Of a stretch of DNA of 59,958 bases, positions 26,025-35,798 are shown piece by piece. This DNA comes from Gemmatimonadaceae bacterium (GTDB lineage Bacteria > Gemmatimonadota > Gemmatimonadetes > Gemmatimonadales > Gemmatimonadaceae): positions 1 to 59,958 of the forward strand of contig DASUXX010000171.1 of the NCBI GenBank assembly GCA_036377755.1, read 5' to 3'. Made by a program: the position numbers and the translations under genes. Under the pieces are notes generated by a model. The model ran no database searches and was not told the origin of the DNA. It worked only from the letters and a program-made list of their open reading frames with translations. How positions within the stretch are numbered: the stretch's first letter is position 1; each line of letters opens with the position of its first letter.

Positions 26025-27287
26025 TCAGAACCGGCTGATGAGGCTTCTGTTCAGTCGTGAAGGATCGCCGACATACGCGAACCGGACGCCCTTCATATAA
26101 CGCCGCGCAACTCTCTGCACCTGTTCAGGCGTTACGCTCTCGAGCTCCTCGACAAACTTGTCAGCCAGGCGGTAATCGCCGCGGTAGAGCTGCTGGCGCG
26201 CCAGAAAATCCGCTTGTGCGTCGTTCGTTTCGTTGTCGAGGAAATATTCCGTCAGGAACTGCTGCTCGAGCTTGGCAAGACCGTCTGGATCCAGAAGTCC
26301 GTCCTGCAGCTCTTTCACCGCAGCTGCCATCAGCTTGAGAGTGGTGTCCGGCGCTGTCGTCGATACCGTCAGCCCCCCGGCACTCGCCGCACGATCCAGA
26401 AATGGTGACTGAACATCATATGTCAGATTCTGTCGAGTTCTGATTTCCGAGAACATCCGGCCCGTGAGCACCGACGTAGCGATGCGAAGCGCCTGATAAT
26501 CCTCACTTTTTGCGAGTGGGCCACTGAAATATCCGACGATGTAATTGGTCGGCAGTGAGCGCGACTCAACGACTATCGCAGGCTTTCCTTCAGGCAGCCG
26601 CGCCGGCGGAGCCCACTTGTAGTTCCCCTGCGGGAGCTTTGCGAGAGTTGCACTGACGAGCCGCTCCAGATGCGCGCGATCGATGTCACCGACTACCACG
26701 AGAAGCATTCGCGATTTGACCATCTGCGATTGCTGATAATCGCGCAGCGCCTTTGCATCGAGCGCCGACATCGATGCCTCGGTTCCGATCAACGGAATCG
26801 AGTATGGGTGTCCCGAGAAGGCGAGGCTGTCGGCAAGAAATTCCGCAAGAGACTCAGGATCATCACGACGCTGATTGATCCCGAGAAGAAACTGATTCTT
26901 GATGAGGGCGACATCCTCAGGGTCGAGCGTGGGATTCATCACACGATCTGCAAAGATTGCCCACGTCGAGTCGAAGACCTCGGTTGTCGCCCTGATGCCG
27001 AACATTGTCCAGTCGTCGGACGGGACTGTCGCAATCTCGCTGCCGAGCCGCGACATCTTTCGCCGCAGCGTTGTCTTCGGATAATTCCGCGTTCCGCGCT
27101 CGGATACCTCGAGCAGCAGCGGCTCTATTCCCGCATTAGCAGGCGTAACCTGTCTCGTCCCACCGAGCAGATAGAGATTCGCAGCAACGACGTTGTTCGC
27201 GTCGCTCTCTCTCAGTATGACCTTGAGTCCACCAACGTCGAAGCTCGACGTCGCAGTTGAAATCGCCAGAGCAATTGAGAGCAGCAT
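26025..27287 (-). CDS. M16 family peptidase, non-catalytic subunit
   Basis: M16 fold without HXXEH; RMFSEIRTRQNLTY motif; signal peptide. Confidence 0.82.
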   Translation of the reverse strand: MLLSIALAISTATSSFDVGGLKVILRESDANNVVAANLYLLGGTRQVTPANAGIEPLLLEVSERGTRNYPKTTLRRKMSRLGSEIATVPSDDWTMFGIRATTEVFDSTWAIFADRVMNPTLDPEDVALIKNQFLLGINQRRDDPESLAEFLADSLAFSGHPYSIPLIGTEASMSALDAKALRDYQQSQMVKSRMLLVVVGDIDRAHLERLVSATLAKLPQGNYKWAPPARLPEGKPAIVVESRSLPTNYIVGYFSGPLAKSEDYQALRIATSVLTGRMFSEIRTRQNLTYDVQSPFLDRAASAGGLTVSTTAPDTTLKLMAAAVKELQDGLLDPDGLAKLEQQFLTEYFLDNETNDAQADFLARQQLYRGDYRLADKFVEELESVTPEQVQRVARRYMKGVRFAYVGDPSRLNRSLISRF

Positions 27288-28687
27288 TACTCGGATCCTC
27301 TTGCTGAAAGCTCAGCTGTTGTGAGTCCGAGCTGTCTGCGCGAGGCAGGATCGATCAGAACTCCGGTGATTCTTGGTTTGCCGATGATGTACTTCGTTGC
27401 ATACGAGCGAAGATCGGCAGTCGTCTGCTTTGCCATGTTGTCGACATAGCCCATGTAGTATTCGAGATCAGCGACGCTCCACCAGAAGCCAAGCGTATGC
27501 GCAAATCCCGATGCACGCTCGCGATCGAAGGCCGACGTTACCGCGCGATGTGCTTTCACCGCTTCGAGCTCAGCAGGATCGAAGTAATTCGCGCTCGTGA
27601 ACTTCGCGATTTCCTCTTCGAGCGCAGCAAGAGCCTTTCGCAGGTTTCCTGGCGATGTCTGCCCGCTGATTGTGATCGGGCCCACGTTATTGAGCGTGTA
27701 GTAGTTCACGCCAAGGCTCTGCCACAGCCCGCTGTCCACGAGTCGCTGCTGGAAGTTCGATCCCGGATCATTGAGCACATCCGAGAACACATCTGCTGCA
27801 TACGTCGATTTGGGATCTTTCCCGACACTTGGACCCTGCCACTGCAGGAACACCGTCACGGCACCAACATCAGCCTCGACGACGACTCCTTCATTTTTCG
27901 TCAGCGCAGGAATCGCCGGAATCGGATCGGCAACAAACGGATCGGCACCTTTTTGCCATTTGCCGAGCTCGCGCTCCGCAGCCGCAAAGACCTGATCCGG
28001 ATTCACATCGCCAGAGACGATCACTACCGAGTTATTCGGCACGTAATATTTACGCTGAATCGTCCTCATTTTTTCCGGCGTCGTTGTAAGGATCACCTGC
28101 CGGTCACCGATTACGTTCTTGCGGCTGAAATTTCCCGGATAGAGCAGCTTGTCCATCTCGCGGTTCAGCTGAAAGAACGGGCTCGATTCATTGCGATCGT
28201 ACTCACCGATGACTACCTGACGTTCACGCTCGAGCTCATCCTGCTTGAACAGCGGAGCCACCAGCGCGGCCGCCAGGAAGCGTACACCTTCGACCATGCT
28301 GTCGGACGGGACAGTGATGTAATAGTTGACCCGCTCCTCCTGAGTCGTGCCATTGAAAACGGCGCCGAGATCACCTGCTCGCGCAACAAATGCCTCTGAT
28401 TCGGGATACGTTGCGTTCGCCCGGAAGAACATGTGCTCGTACATGTGTGCGAGCCCTGCAAATTCAGGCGACTGCGTGAACGCGCCATTTTTCACATCCA
28501 CTTCTATTGTTGCGAGCGGCACGCCGTGATTCTCGACTACGATTACCTCGAGGCCGTTTGCGAGAACTTTTCTCTTGATGATTTTTTCGAGCTCCGCACG
28601 CTGCGCATGCAGCACCGACGGCGCAGCCATGCTCACGAACACGAGCAGAGTAGCGAGCCAGGCCCTGGTTCTATTTCTTTGAGACAT
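27287..28687 (-). CDS. M16 family zinc peptidase, catalytic subunit
   Basis: LANGLEV, GLAHMYEHMFF (HXXEH), ERERQVVIGE, YYVPNN; signal peptide after the Met at 28687. Confidence 0.9.
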   Translation of the reverse strand: MSQRNRTRAWLATLLVFVSMAAPSVLHAQRAELEKIIKRKVLANGLEVIVVENHGVPLATIEVDVKNGAFTQSPEFAGLAHMYEHMFFRANATYPESEAFVARAGDLGAVFNGTTQEERVNYYITVPSDSMVEGVRFLAAALVAPLFKQDELERERQVVIGEYDRNESSPFFQLNREMDKLLYPGNFSRKNVIGDRQVILTTTPEKMRTIQRKYYVPNNSVVIVSGDVNPDQVFAAAERELGKWQKGADPFVADPIPAIPALTKNEGVVVEADVGAVTVFLQWQGPSVGKDPKSTYAADVFSDVLNDPGSNFQQRLVDSGLWQSLGVNYYTLNNVGPITISGQTSPGNLRKALAALEEEIAKFTSANYFDPAELEAVKAHRAVTSAFDRERASGFAHTLGFWWSVADLEYYMGYVDNMAKQTTADLRSYATKYIIGKPRITGVLIDPASRRQLGLTTAELSARGSE

Positions 28688-28707
28688 TCCGTTCAACACA
28701 AGCCTCG

Positions 28708-29643
28708 ATGATTGACAAGCACGAAAAGTTAGCCGCCCGGTTGAACCAGTCACAGCTCAGCCGCAATGTGCCACTGGCTCAATACACCACTTTCCGTATC
28801 GGTGGTCCTGCAGATCTCTTTTATACCACTAATACTGCGGATGATCTCGCAACCGCCGTGCTTGCAGCGCGAGAATTACAAGTTCCTTACTTCGTCCTCG
28901 GACTCGGCGCAAACATTCTTGTCGGCGACAAGGGGTTTCGGGGACTCGTGATTCGCAGCCATGCGAATCATTTCAAGTTCTCCGATTCAGGTGAGCTCTG
29001 GGTTGAAAGTGGTGCTGTATTTGGCGACCTGATTCTCGAAGCCGTTGAACGTGGATGGTCTGGACTCGAGCATTACGTCGGAATTCCAAGCACCGTGGGC
29101 GGCGCTGTATGGCAGAACCTGCATTTCCTCGAGCCCGAGCCTGAGCGCAAGCGCACCATGTTCATTGCCGACGTATTCAAGTCGGCGGAGCTCCTTACAG
29201 AAGAAGGTGAGCGCAGGACAGTGGGCGCCGATTACATGCAGTTCGGATACGATACGAGCATTCTCCACCATCGTCGCGACGTCGCACTTGCCGTGACCTT
29301 TCAGCTCGAGCGCGGCGATACAGCTCGCATGCACAAGATCATGCAGGAAAACCTGAGCTGGCGCGGCGCGAGACACCCGTGGCTCCAGATTCATCCCAGT
29401 GCCGGCTCGATATTCAAGAAAATCGAAGGAATGGGAGCCGGCCGTCTCATCGATCAATGCGGACTCAAGGGTTTCCGGCATGGTGGCGCCCAGATCTCAC
29501 ACATACACGCGAACATCATGGTCAACCTCGGCAACGCGACCGCACGCGATGTACGTGAGCTGATTACAATCGCTCAGGATGCCGTCGAGGAAAAATTCCA
29601 TGTGCGCCTCGAGCCCGAGATTGGTTTTATCGGAGAGTTCTAG
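28708..29643 (+). CDS. murB: UDP-N-acetylenolpyruvoylglucosamine reductase
   Basis: TTFRIGGPA, LGLGANILV, GIPSTVGGA, PSAGSIFK, HANIMVN, LEPEI. Confidence 0.93.
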   Translation: MIDKHEKLAARLNQSQLSRNVPLAQYTTFRIGGPADLFYTTNTADDLATAVLAARELQVPYFVLGLGANILVGDKGFRGLVIRSHANHFKFSDSGELWVESGAVFGDLILEAVERGWSGLEHYVGIPSTVGGAVWQNLHFLEPEPERKRTMFIADVFKSAELLTEEGERRTVGADYMQFGYDTSILHHRRDVALAVTFQLERGDTARMHKIMQENLSWRGARHPWLQIHPSAGSIFKKIEGMGAGRLIDQCGLKGFRHGGAQISHIHANIMVNLGNATARDVRELITIAQDAVEEKFHVRLEPEIGFIGEF

Positions 29644-31595
29644 CGCCTCTGGGCGGCCGCTTCAGCCGTTTCAGTTGCCTTGGTCCAGAACTCGATTGCA
29701 CCATCGAGCTCTTTTTTCAGACGATCGAGCTCCGCTCCTGCTTTCAGAGCCTTCTTCTTTCCGTTATCTGATGTATAGAGCTCGGGATTAGCGAGCTCCG
29801 CAGTCAGCTCGCTGATCTTCGTCTCGAGCTCCGACACGCGTCGCTCCGCGTTGTCTGCCTGCTCACGCGCATTCCGCGCAGCGTCGCGCTGCTTTGACTT
29901 GTCGTCTTCGCGTCGCTTGGTCTTCTGCTTCTCGTGCACCCTGCGAAGTGCTTCTTCTTCCGCAGCAGCGACTTGCGCTGCATGCTCCCGCTCTTCACTC
30001 GCAACTTCCCACTCGGCGAAGCCGCCACCGAAGTCAGTGATGTGGCGATCATGCAGAACCCACACGCGATTGACGAGCACCTTGAGAAGCTCACGATCGT
30101 GACTCACGAGCAGTATCGATCCGTCGTATTCCTGCAGCGCATCTTCGAGTGATTCGATCGATTCGACATCGAGGTGATTCGTCGGCTCGTCGAGTATCAG
30201 GAGATTCGCGCGAGAGAGCACGATCATCGCCAGTGCGAGACGCGCCCGCTCTCCTCCTGAAAGAGTTGATGCGGTGCGCTGCACCTCGTCTCCGGAAAAG
30301 CCGAATCGGGCGAGATGACTCTGCACCTGCCGTCTTTCCCACAGCGTTCTCAGATCCGCGATGACATCGTACATCGACTTATTCATCGGAACCTGGCTCA
30401 GATCCTGGCGATAGTACGCAGCCGTGATTGATCCGCCGAGCTTCAGCTCGCCACTCATTGTCTCGTGTTCGCCGAGGAGGGCACGGATAAGCGTGGATTT
30501 GCCGGCGCCGTTCGGTCCAATGAGGCCGACGGTCTCGCCGCGCTTGAGGATCGCACTGAAATCCTCGATGAGAATGCGGTCGCCAACGGAAATCGTCGCG
30601 TGGTCCGCAATGATTACCTGATCTCCACCGCGTTCTCCGACATCGAGGCGGAGTGCCATCGATCCGTCAGCGCCACCAATCGGAGCGCTCAGCCGGGGCA
30701 GACGCTCGAGCCGCTTTCTCCGACCCTTTGCCTGTTTTGAGTTCTGTCCTGCGATGTTGCGGCGCACATAGTCTTCCTGTGCGGCGATGAATCTTTGCTG
30801 CTTATCGAATGCGCGCTGCTGCGTCAGTCGCTGCTGCTCGCGCTGCTCGATAAATGCTTCGTATCCGCCGGTATAGGCAAATGTCGTGTCTCCTTCGAAA
30901 TGCAGAACATGGTCTACGACGTTTGCGAGAAACGCGCGATCGTGACTGATGAGGAGAATCGTCTTCTCAGTGTTTTGCAGATACTCTTCGAGCCACCAGG
31001 TGGTATCGAGATCGAGATGGTTCGTCGGTTCGTCGAGAAGAAGCACGTCAGCCGGGCTTACAAGCTGACGGGCGAGACCAAGTCGGCCTCGCTCACCTCC
31101 ACTCAGCTGCGTGAGGTGACGCGTCCTTGCTTCAGCCGGATCGAATCCCAATCCGTGAAGAACAGCGTCGACACGAGGCGCGAAGGTGTATCCGCCTTCA
31201 CGATCGAATCGCTCCAGATCCCGGTCGTAACGGGCAAGCATGGCCGGAGTCGATTTTTCACCGAGCTCTCCGATCTGCACTGCCTGCTCAGCGAGCGACT
31301 GCTCCAGTGCGAGCAGATCGGCAAATTGTCCCGCCGCTGCCTCCCAGATCGTGGCAGCCTTTCCAAAATCACGGTGCTGCTCCAGAAGTGAGACCTTGAG
31401 CCCGGGCTGGCGCGCAACAGATCCTGAAGTCGGCTCCTGCTCTCCGGTAATCAGCCGGAAGAGCGTCGTCTTGCCCGTTCCGTTGCGCCCGATGATTCCC
31501 CAGCGGTCGCCCCTCGCCGCCGTGAATGTTACGTCCCTGAAAAGTGTCGTCGCGCCGAACTGTACTGTCGCACCTGAAACTGAAATCTGGGTCAA
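29640..31595 (-). CDS. ABC-F family ATP-binding protein
   Basis: Two NBDs (GRNGTGKT, GPNGAGKS; LSGGE x2; LDEPTNHLD x2), no TM helices, C-terminal coiled coil. Confidence 0.93.
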   Translation of the reverse strand: MTQISVSGATVQFGATTLFRDVTFTAARGDRWGIIGRNGTGKTTLFRLITGEQEPTSGSVARQPGLKVSLLEQHRDFGKAATIWEAAAGQFADLLALEQSLAEQAVQIGELGEKSTPAMLARYDRDLERFDREGGYTFAPRVDAVLHGLGFDPAEARTRHLTQLSGGERGRLGLARQLVSPADVLLLDEPTNHLDLDTTWWLEEYLQNTEKTILLISHDRAFLANVVDHVLHFEGDTTFAYTGGYEAFIEQREQQRLTQQRAFDKQQRFIAAQEDYVRRNIAGQNSKQAKGRRKRLERLPRLSAPIGGADGSMALRLDVGERGGDQVIIADHATISVGDRILIEDFSAILKRGETVGLIGPNGAGKSTLIRALLGEHETMSGELKLGGSITAAYYRQDLSQVPMNKSMYDVIADLRTLWERRQVQSHLARFGFSGDEVQRTASTLSGGERARLALAMIVLSRANLLILDEPTNHLDVESIESLEDALQEYDGSILLVSHDRELLKVLVNRVWVLHDRHITDFGGGFAEWEVASEEREHAAQVAAAEEEALRRVHEKQKTKRREDDKSKQRDAARNAREQADNAERRVSELETKISELTAELANPELYTSDNGKKKALKAGAELDRLKKELDGAIEFWTKATETAEAAAQRR

Positions 31596-32677
31596 TCGCT
31601 GACGGCCTCTTCACAGGCTGCAAAACAATTCTGCAGTGTTTCTACAGTATGATCGCCCATGTGCCCGATGCGGAACGTCGTTCCCGCCAGCTTGCCATAA
31701 CCTGTCGCGACTCGCACTCCGTGATTTTTTACTCGTTCGACGAAAGTCTTTGCAGCGATATGGTCGGGGAGCCTGATAGTCGACACTGTAGGCGACCGGT
31801 ATTCGGGTTCAACGATATTTGCCCACTTAACGCCCGTGCGCTGCGCACTTTCTTTTACCCACGCGCTCGTCGCCGCGAGCATTTCACGATGGCGCTTCCA
31901 GCGATTCTCGATTCCTTCTTTCTTCATCGCCTCGAGCTGCACCTCGAGTCCGTACATCAATGAAAACGCCGGAGTTGCCGGCACCTGATTCTCGGCAGCA
32001 AATCGATCCATCTCGGCGATGTCGAAATACACACCGCGTCCCTGGGCGGTTTTCGCGAGCTCGACCATGTGCTGTGACGCAACACCAAATGCGAGACCGG
32101 GCGGGAGTGCAAAAGATTTCTGCGATCCCGTGAGTAGATAATCGAGCTTCCACTCATCGAACCTGATTTCAGCACCGGCAGCGCCGCTCACGCTGTCGAT
32201 AAGGCAGAGCACTCCTTTTGAATGAGCGAGATCTGAAATCGCGCGAATGTCATTCAGTGCTCCAGTAGACGTTTCCGAGTGACAGACGGTGATCGCCATG
32301 TATTTCTTCGAGGCGAGCATCTCGTCGAGTCGATCGAGTGAGTGAACCGATCCCCACGGCTCTTCATAACGATCGACCTCACGGCCGCACATCTCAGCGA
32401 TATGGGCAAAACGCTCCGAGAATGCACCGTTCACGAGCGAGAGAACCGGACCTGCGGGCAGCGCTCTAATCCCTGCTTCCATCATTCCGGTTCCAGACGA
32501 TGCGGCTATGAATACCGGACGCTCGGTGAGAAAGACCGACTTGAGTCCGTCCTGCAGCCGCGCGAACAACTCTTCGAAGTCAGCGCTGCGGTGCGGGATC
32601 ATCGGCTTTGTCATTGCCTGCAGCACTTCGTCCCTTACTTCAGTCGGTCCCGGCAGGAAGAATGTTCCGAAAGTCAT
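31592..32677 (-). CDS. Class V aminotransferase (alanine/serine-glyoxylate type)
   Basis: FLPGPT, HSETSTG, IDSVS, TGSQKSFALPPG, FRIGHMG; ATGA overlap with the upstream gene. Confidence 0.9.
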   Translation of the reverse strand: MTFGTFFLPGPTEVRDEVLQAMTKPMIPHRSADFEELFARLQDGLKSVFLTERPVFIAASSGTGMMEAGIRALPAGPVLSLVNGAFSERFAHIAEMCGREVDRYEEPWGSVHSLDRLDEMLASKKYMAITVCHSETSTGALNDIRAISDLAHSKGVLCLIDSVSGAAGAEIRFDEWKLDYLLTGSQKSFALPPGLAFGVASQHMVELAKTAQGRGVYFDIAEMDRFAAENQVPATPAFSLMYGLEVQLEAMKKEGIENRWKRHREMLAATSAWVKESAQRTGVKWANIVEPEYRSPTVSTIRLPDHIAAKTFVERVKNHGVRVATGYGKLAGTTFRIGHMGDHTVETLQNCFAACEEAVSD

Positions 32678-33021
32678 TTTGTGGTCCATGATTTCCATGT
32701 TGTTTCATCGAGCCCGATGGTGAGCTGGTTGCCATTCCTCACGAGAGGAACTCTCAGGATGAGAGGTTCTTCTGTGAGCCTGGTGAGCCAGCTATCATCG
32801 GACATTCGTGCGTGCCTCAACCCAAGATCGCGAAATCTCGGCGATTCTGAATCGATGAGTGATCCAACACCGAACTTCTGTGCGAACCGTCTCAGCTCGC
32901 CAAGTGATGCTGCTCTCTCATTCAGGTCGACAAAGTGTGTCTTTACTCTTCGCTCGGAAAAGAAGCGCAGGGCCTTGCGCGTGTCAGCACTTTTCCTGAT
33001 TCCGAAGATCTGAACTTCCAT
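32674..33021 (-). CDS. ArsC/Spx/YffB family protein lacking cysteines
   Basis: QIFG..SADTRKALRFF, ..EPLILRVPLVR..TIG. Confidence 0.8.
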   Translation of the reverse strand: MEVQIFGIRKSADTRKALRFFSERRVKTHFVDLNERAASLGELRRFAQKFGVGSLIDSESPRFRDLGLRHARMSDDSWLTRLTEEPLILRVPLVRNGNQLTIGLDETTWKSWTTK

Positions 33022-34036
33022 GAAGCGATCCTTTTCTCCAGCGTGGTGGCTCCCCGGTCCTCATACGCAGACCATGTGGGGGAAATTTTTTCGGAAGCAG
33101 AAAATAAAGGATACACGAGTCGAGCGGCTCAAGACGCCTGATGACGATTTCATCATAGTGCATCATATCGATGCTCCTGATGGGGCTCCGGTTCTTGTTC
33201 TGCTTCATGGCCTCGAGGGCTCTGTTCGCTCTCATTATATACAGGGCCTGCTGGGAGAGGCGCGGAAACGGGGGTGGCGTGCTGCGGTTCTTGTTTTTCG
33301 ATCATGTGGCGATGAGCTGAATCTCGCGCGCCGGTCCTACCATTCGGGCGAAACTACTGACCTGGCCTTCGTGCTCGATCATCTCTTTCGGTCATTTCCT
33401 GTAAGCCCGTTCGTTCTCACCGGCGTGTCGCTTGGCGGAAACGTTCTCCTCAAATATCTGGGAGAGCAGGGATCGAGAATCTCATCCAGGATAAAGGCAG
33501 CCACCGCTGTGTCCGTCCCTTACGATCTCGCGAGATCGTCGAACTTCATCAATCAGGGATTCGCGCGAGTCTACGAGTGGAATTTTCTAAGATCGCTGAG
33601 AGCAAAGGCGTTTGCGAAGCTCGAGCAATTCCCCGATCTATTCGACCAGGAGCACTTTTCCGGCGCACGAAGCATGTTCGACTTCGATGAAAACTTCACG
33701 GCTCCGGTCCATGGCTTCGAGGGAGCGCTCGACTACTATCGGAAGTCCAGCTCGCTGAACTGGCTCGGGACAATTAGTATCAAGACGTTACTATTAAGTG
33801 CGATCGACGATCCTTTTCTGCCTCCCGAGGTCCTCGATGACGTCAGAGAAAAGGCCAGACACAATCCGAATCTGGAGCTCGAGTTCACCCCTCACGGCGG
33901 CCACGTAGGCTTCGTTGGCGGACACACACCATTCTCTCCCGTTTATTATCTGGAGCATCGCGTGAGTGAGTTTCTTGCAACAGAGCTCGCGCTGAGCAGC
34001 AGCAGATCGACCCCCACGGAGATTTCAGATGAATGA
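33020..34036 (+). CDS. YheT-like alpha/beta hydrolase
   Basis: PHTQT, LLHGLEGS, FRSCG, YHSGETTD, GVSLGGN, DDPF, GGHVGF. Confidence 0.88.
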   Translation: MKRSFSPAWWLPGPHTQTMWGKFFRKQKIKDTRVERLKTPDDDFIIVHHIDAPDGAPVLVLLHGLEGSVRSHYIQGLLGEARKRGWRAAVLVFRSCGDELNLARRSYHSGETTDLAFVLDHLFRSFPVSPFVLTGVSLGGNVLLKYLGEQGSRISSRIKAATAVSVPYDLARSSNFINQGFARVYEWNFLRSLRAKAFAKLEQFPDLFDQEHFSGARSMFDFDENFTAPVHGFEGALDYYRKSSSLNWLGTISIKTLLLSAIDDPFLPPEVLDDVREKARHNPNLELEFTPHGGHVGFVGGHTPFSPVYYLEHRVSEFLATELALSSSRSTPTEISDE

Positions 34037-34919
34037 CAAGCTCATCCGGCATTTTGCCGTTCTTGCCCTTGCATCTGTCGCGTGTACGACGACGCGAAGC
34101 AACACGGCAGATCACGCAGATCATGATTCAGTCGCACCTTCCATCTCAGTATCGGTGCCCCAGTCGACCACGCTTCCAGCAGACGCGGCCAGTGCGAGAG
34201 CTCGCCTGAGTGCGTCGCCTAGGCATAGTGAGTGGGTGATGGTTTCCGCGGGATCGGACAGCGTGCGGGCGTTCGTTGTCTATCCGGAGCGAAAGACAAA
34301 GGCACCGGTTGTCGTCGTAGTGCACGAGATCTACGGACTCTCGCCATGGATAAGATCAGTCGCAGATCAGCTCGCAGCCGATGGCTTCATTGCGATCGCC
34401 CCCGATCTTCTCACATCGAAGAATCTTCCAAATCCGACTGACAGCGTCCCAGCAGAGCAGGCAACTGCGGCGATTCGCACTCTCAACCAGGACGATGTTC
34501 AGCGCCAGCTGCTCGCTGCTGCGAACTATGCGATGAATCTCCCGTCGGCTGTGAAAAAATACGGGATCGTCGGATTCTGCTGGGGCGGGGGAGTTTCATT
34601 CGAACATGCCGTTCGATCGCCTGCCCTTGGCGCTTCGGTGGTTTTCTATGGAACTTCTCCTGCGAGTGAGGGCCTCACGTCAGTGAAAGCCCCGGTTCTT
34701 GGGCTTTACGGCGGGAACGATGCACGCGTCAACGCGACCATTCCTGCAGCAGATTCAACCATGAAGGCACTTGGAAAAACCTACGAGAAGCACATCTACG
34801 AAGGCGCAGGTCACGGCTTCCTTCGCCAGCAGGGCGGGCAGGCAGGCGCAAATCTCACGGCTGCACAGCAGGCGTGGCCGGCGACGATCGCATGGTTCCG
34901 ACGGTATCTCGGTGCGTAA
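34029..34919 (+). CDS. Dienelactone hydrolase family lipoprotein
   Basis: Lipobox SVAC, HEIYGL, GFCWGG, GAGHGF. Confidence 0.9.
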   Translation: MNDKLIRHFAVLALASVACTTTRSNTADHADHDSVAPSISVSVPQSTTLPADAASARARLSASPRHSEWVMVSAGSDSVRAFVVYPERKTKAPVVVVVHEIYGLSPWIRSVADQLAADGFIAIAPDLLTSKNLPNPTDSVPAEQATAAIRTLNQDDVQRQLLAAANYAMNLPSAVKKYGIVGFCWGGGVSFEHAVRSPALGASVVFYGTSPASEGLTSVKAPVLGLYGGNDARVNATIPAADSTMKALGKTYEKHIYEGAGHGFLRQQGGQAGANLTAAQQAWPATIAWFRRYLGA

Positions 34920-34925
34920 CTGACT

Positions 34926-35450
34926 TTGCAACGATTCATCTATCTCATCGCGTTTCTCATTGGACTCGCTCTCGCCGTGCAGGTCATGCTGCACGGTGTC
35001 GAGCGATGGAAGCGTCGCCGGTCGACGAAACCATCAGCGGCAATCAATCCACCTACAGTCGCAGCATTTCTTGCTGGTGCGGGAGCCAGCGGCTATCTCT
35101 TTTCGACGCGATCGTCGTTCTCTTCACCTGTCATTCTCGTTGTTTCACTGATTATCGGCGCCGCGGCGTTTGCAGGAATGACTGTATTGATGGCTAAGTG
35201 GGCCCTTCGCTCTCCTGCGCCACCACATGACGATGACGACATCAACGGCCAGGTTGCCACAGTGTCCCGGACGATTCTACCGGGCATAGACGGGGAAATC
35301 ACATGGAATGCCTGGGGCCAGCGACACGTGATGACAGCGCGTTCAGTCAATGATTCGGAGATCACTGCAGGAACAGAAGTGGTGATCGATGTCGTCGAGG
35401 ACGATGTTGCGCGCGTAGAGCTCTGGTCAGTAGTGGAGCAGCGACTTTAG
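34926..35450 (+). CDS. NfeD-like membrane protein
   Basis: Three TM helices, then an OB-like tail (GQVATV..GEI..AR..GTEVVI..VARVE). Confidence 0.7.
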   Translation: MQRFIYLIAFLIGLALAVQVMLHGVERWKRRRSTKPSAAINPPTVAAFLAGAGASGYLFSTRSSFSSPVILVVSLIIGAAAFAGMTVLMAKWALRSPAPPHDDDDINGQVATVSRTILPGIDGEITWNAWGQRHVMTARSVNDSEITAGTEVVIDVVEDDVARVELWSVVEQRL

Positions 35451-35457
35451 AAGGGCA

Positions 35458-35742
35458 CTATCGCGACATCGCAAACAGCCCAAGCCACTCGGGCCAGTTG
35501 CCGCTCAGCTCGAAGATGTCGTCGTAGTAGATAATGCCTTTGTTCTCGAAGTATTCGATCACTGCGCCGATCATTTCATCCGACGGTAGTGGACCTATTG
35601 CTATGAGATTTCCCTCGACCCGGAATTCGGCATCGGTCAGATTGAATGCCGCATCTATTTCAGCGCGGCTAAGCTGAACGCGCTCGAATGCGTCCTTTCG
35701 TATGAAGATCGTTGGAAGACCGGACAAGACTGACAGAGGCAT
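35458..35742 (-). CDS. Hypothetical protein
   Basis: GGAG SD; globular composition ending YYDDIFELSGNWPEWL. Confidence 0.7.
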   Translation of the reverse strand: MPLSVLSGLPTIFIRKDAFERVQLSRAEIDAAFNLTDAEFRVEGNLIAIGPLPSDEMIGAVIEYFENKGIIYYDDIFELSGNWPEWLGLFAMSR

Positions 35743-35798
35743 CTGGTTTTCTCCATGCAACGCTCAAGTTCAGCCTCGAGCATTGTTAGGTTCAATGT

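Noticed and set aside
27497-28399. 300-aa plus-strand ORF
   Set aside because: Antisense shadow of the M16 peptidase with no recognisable motifs.
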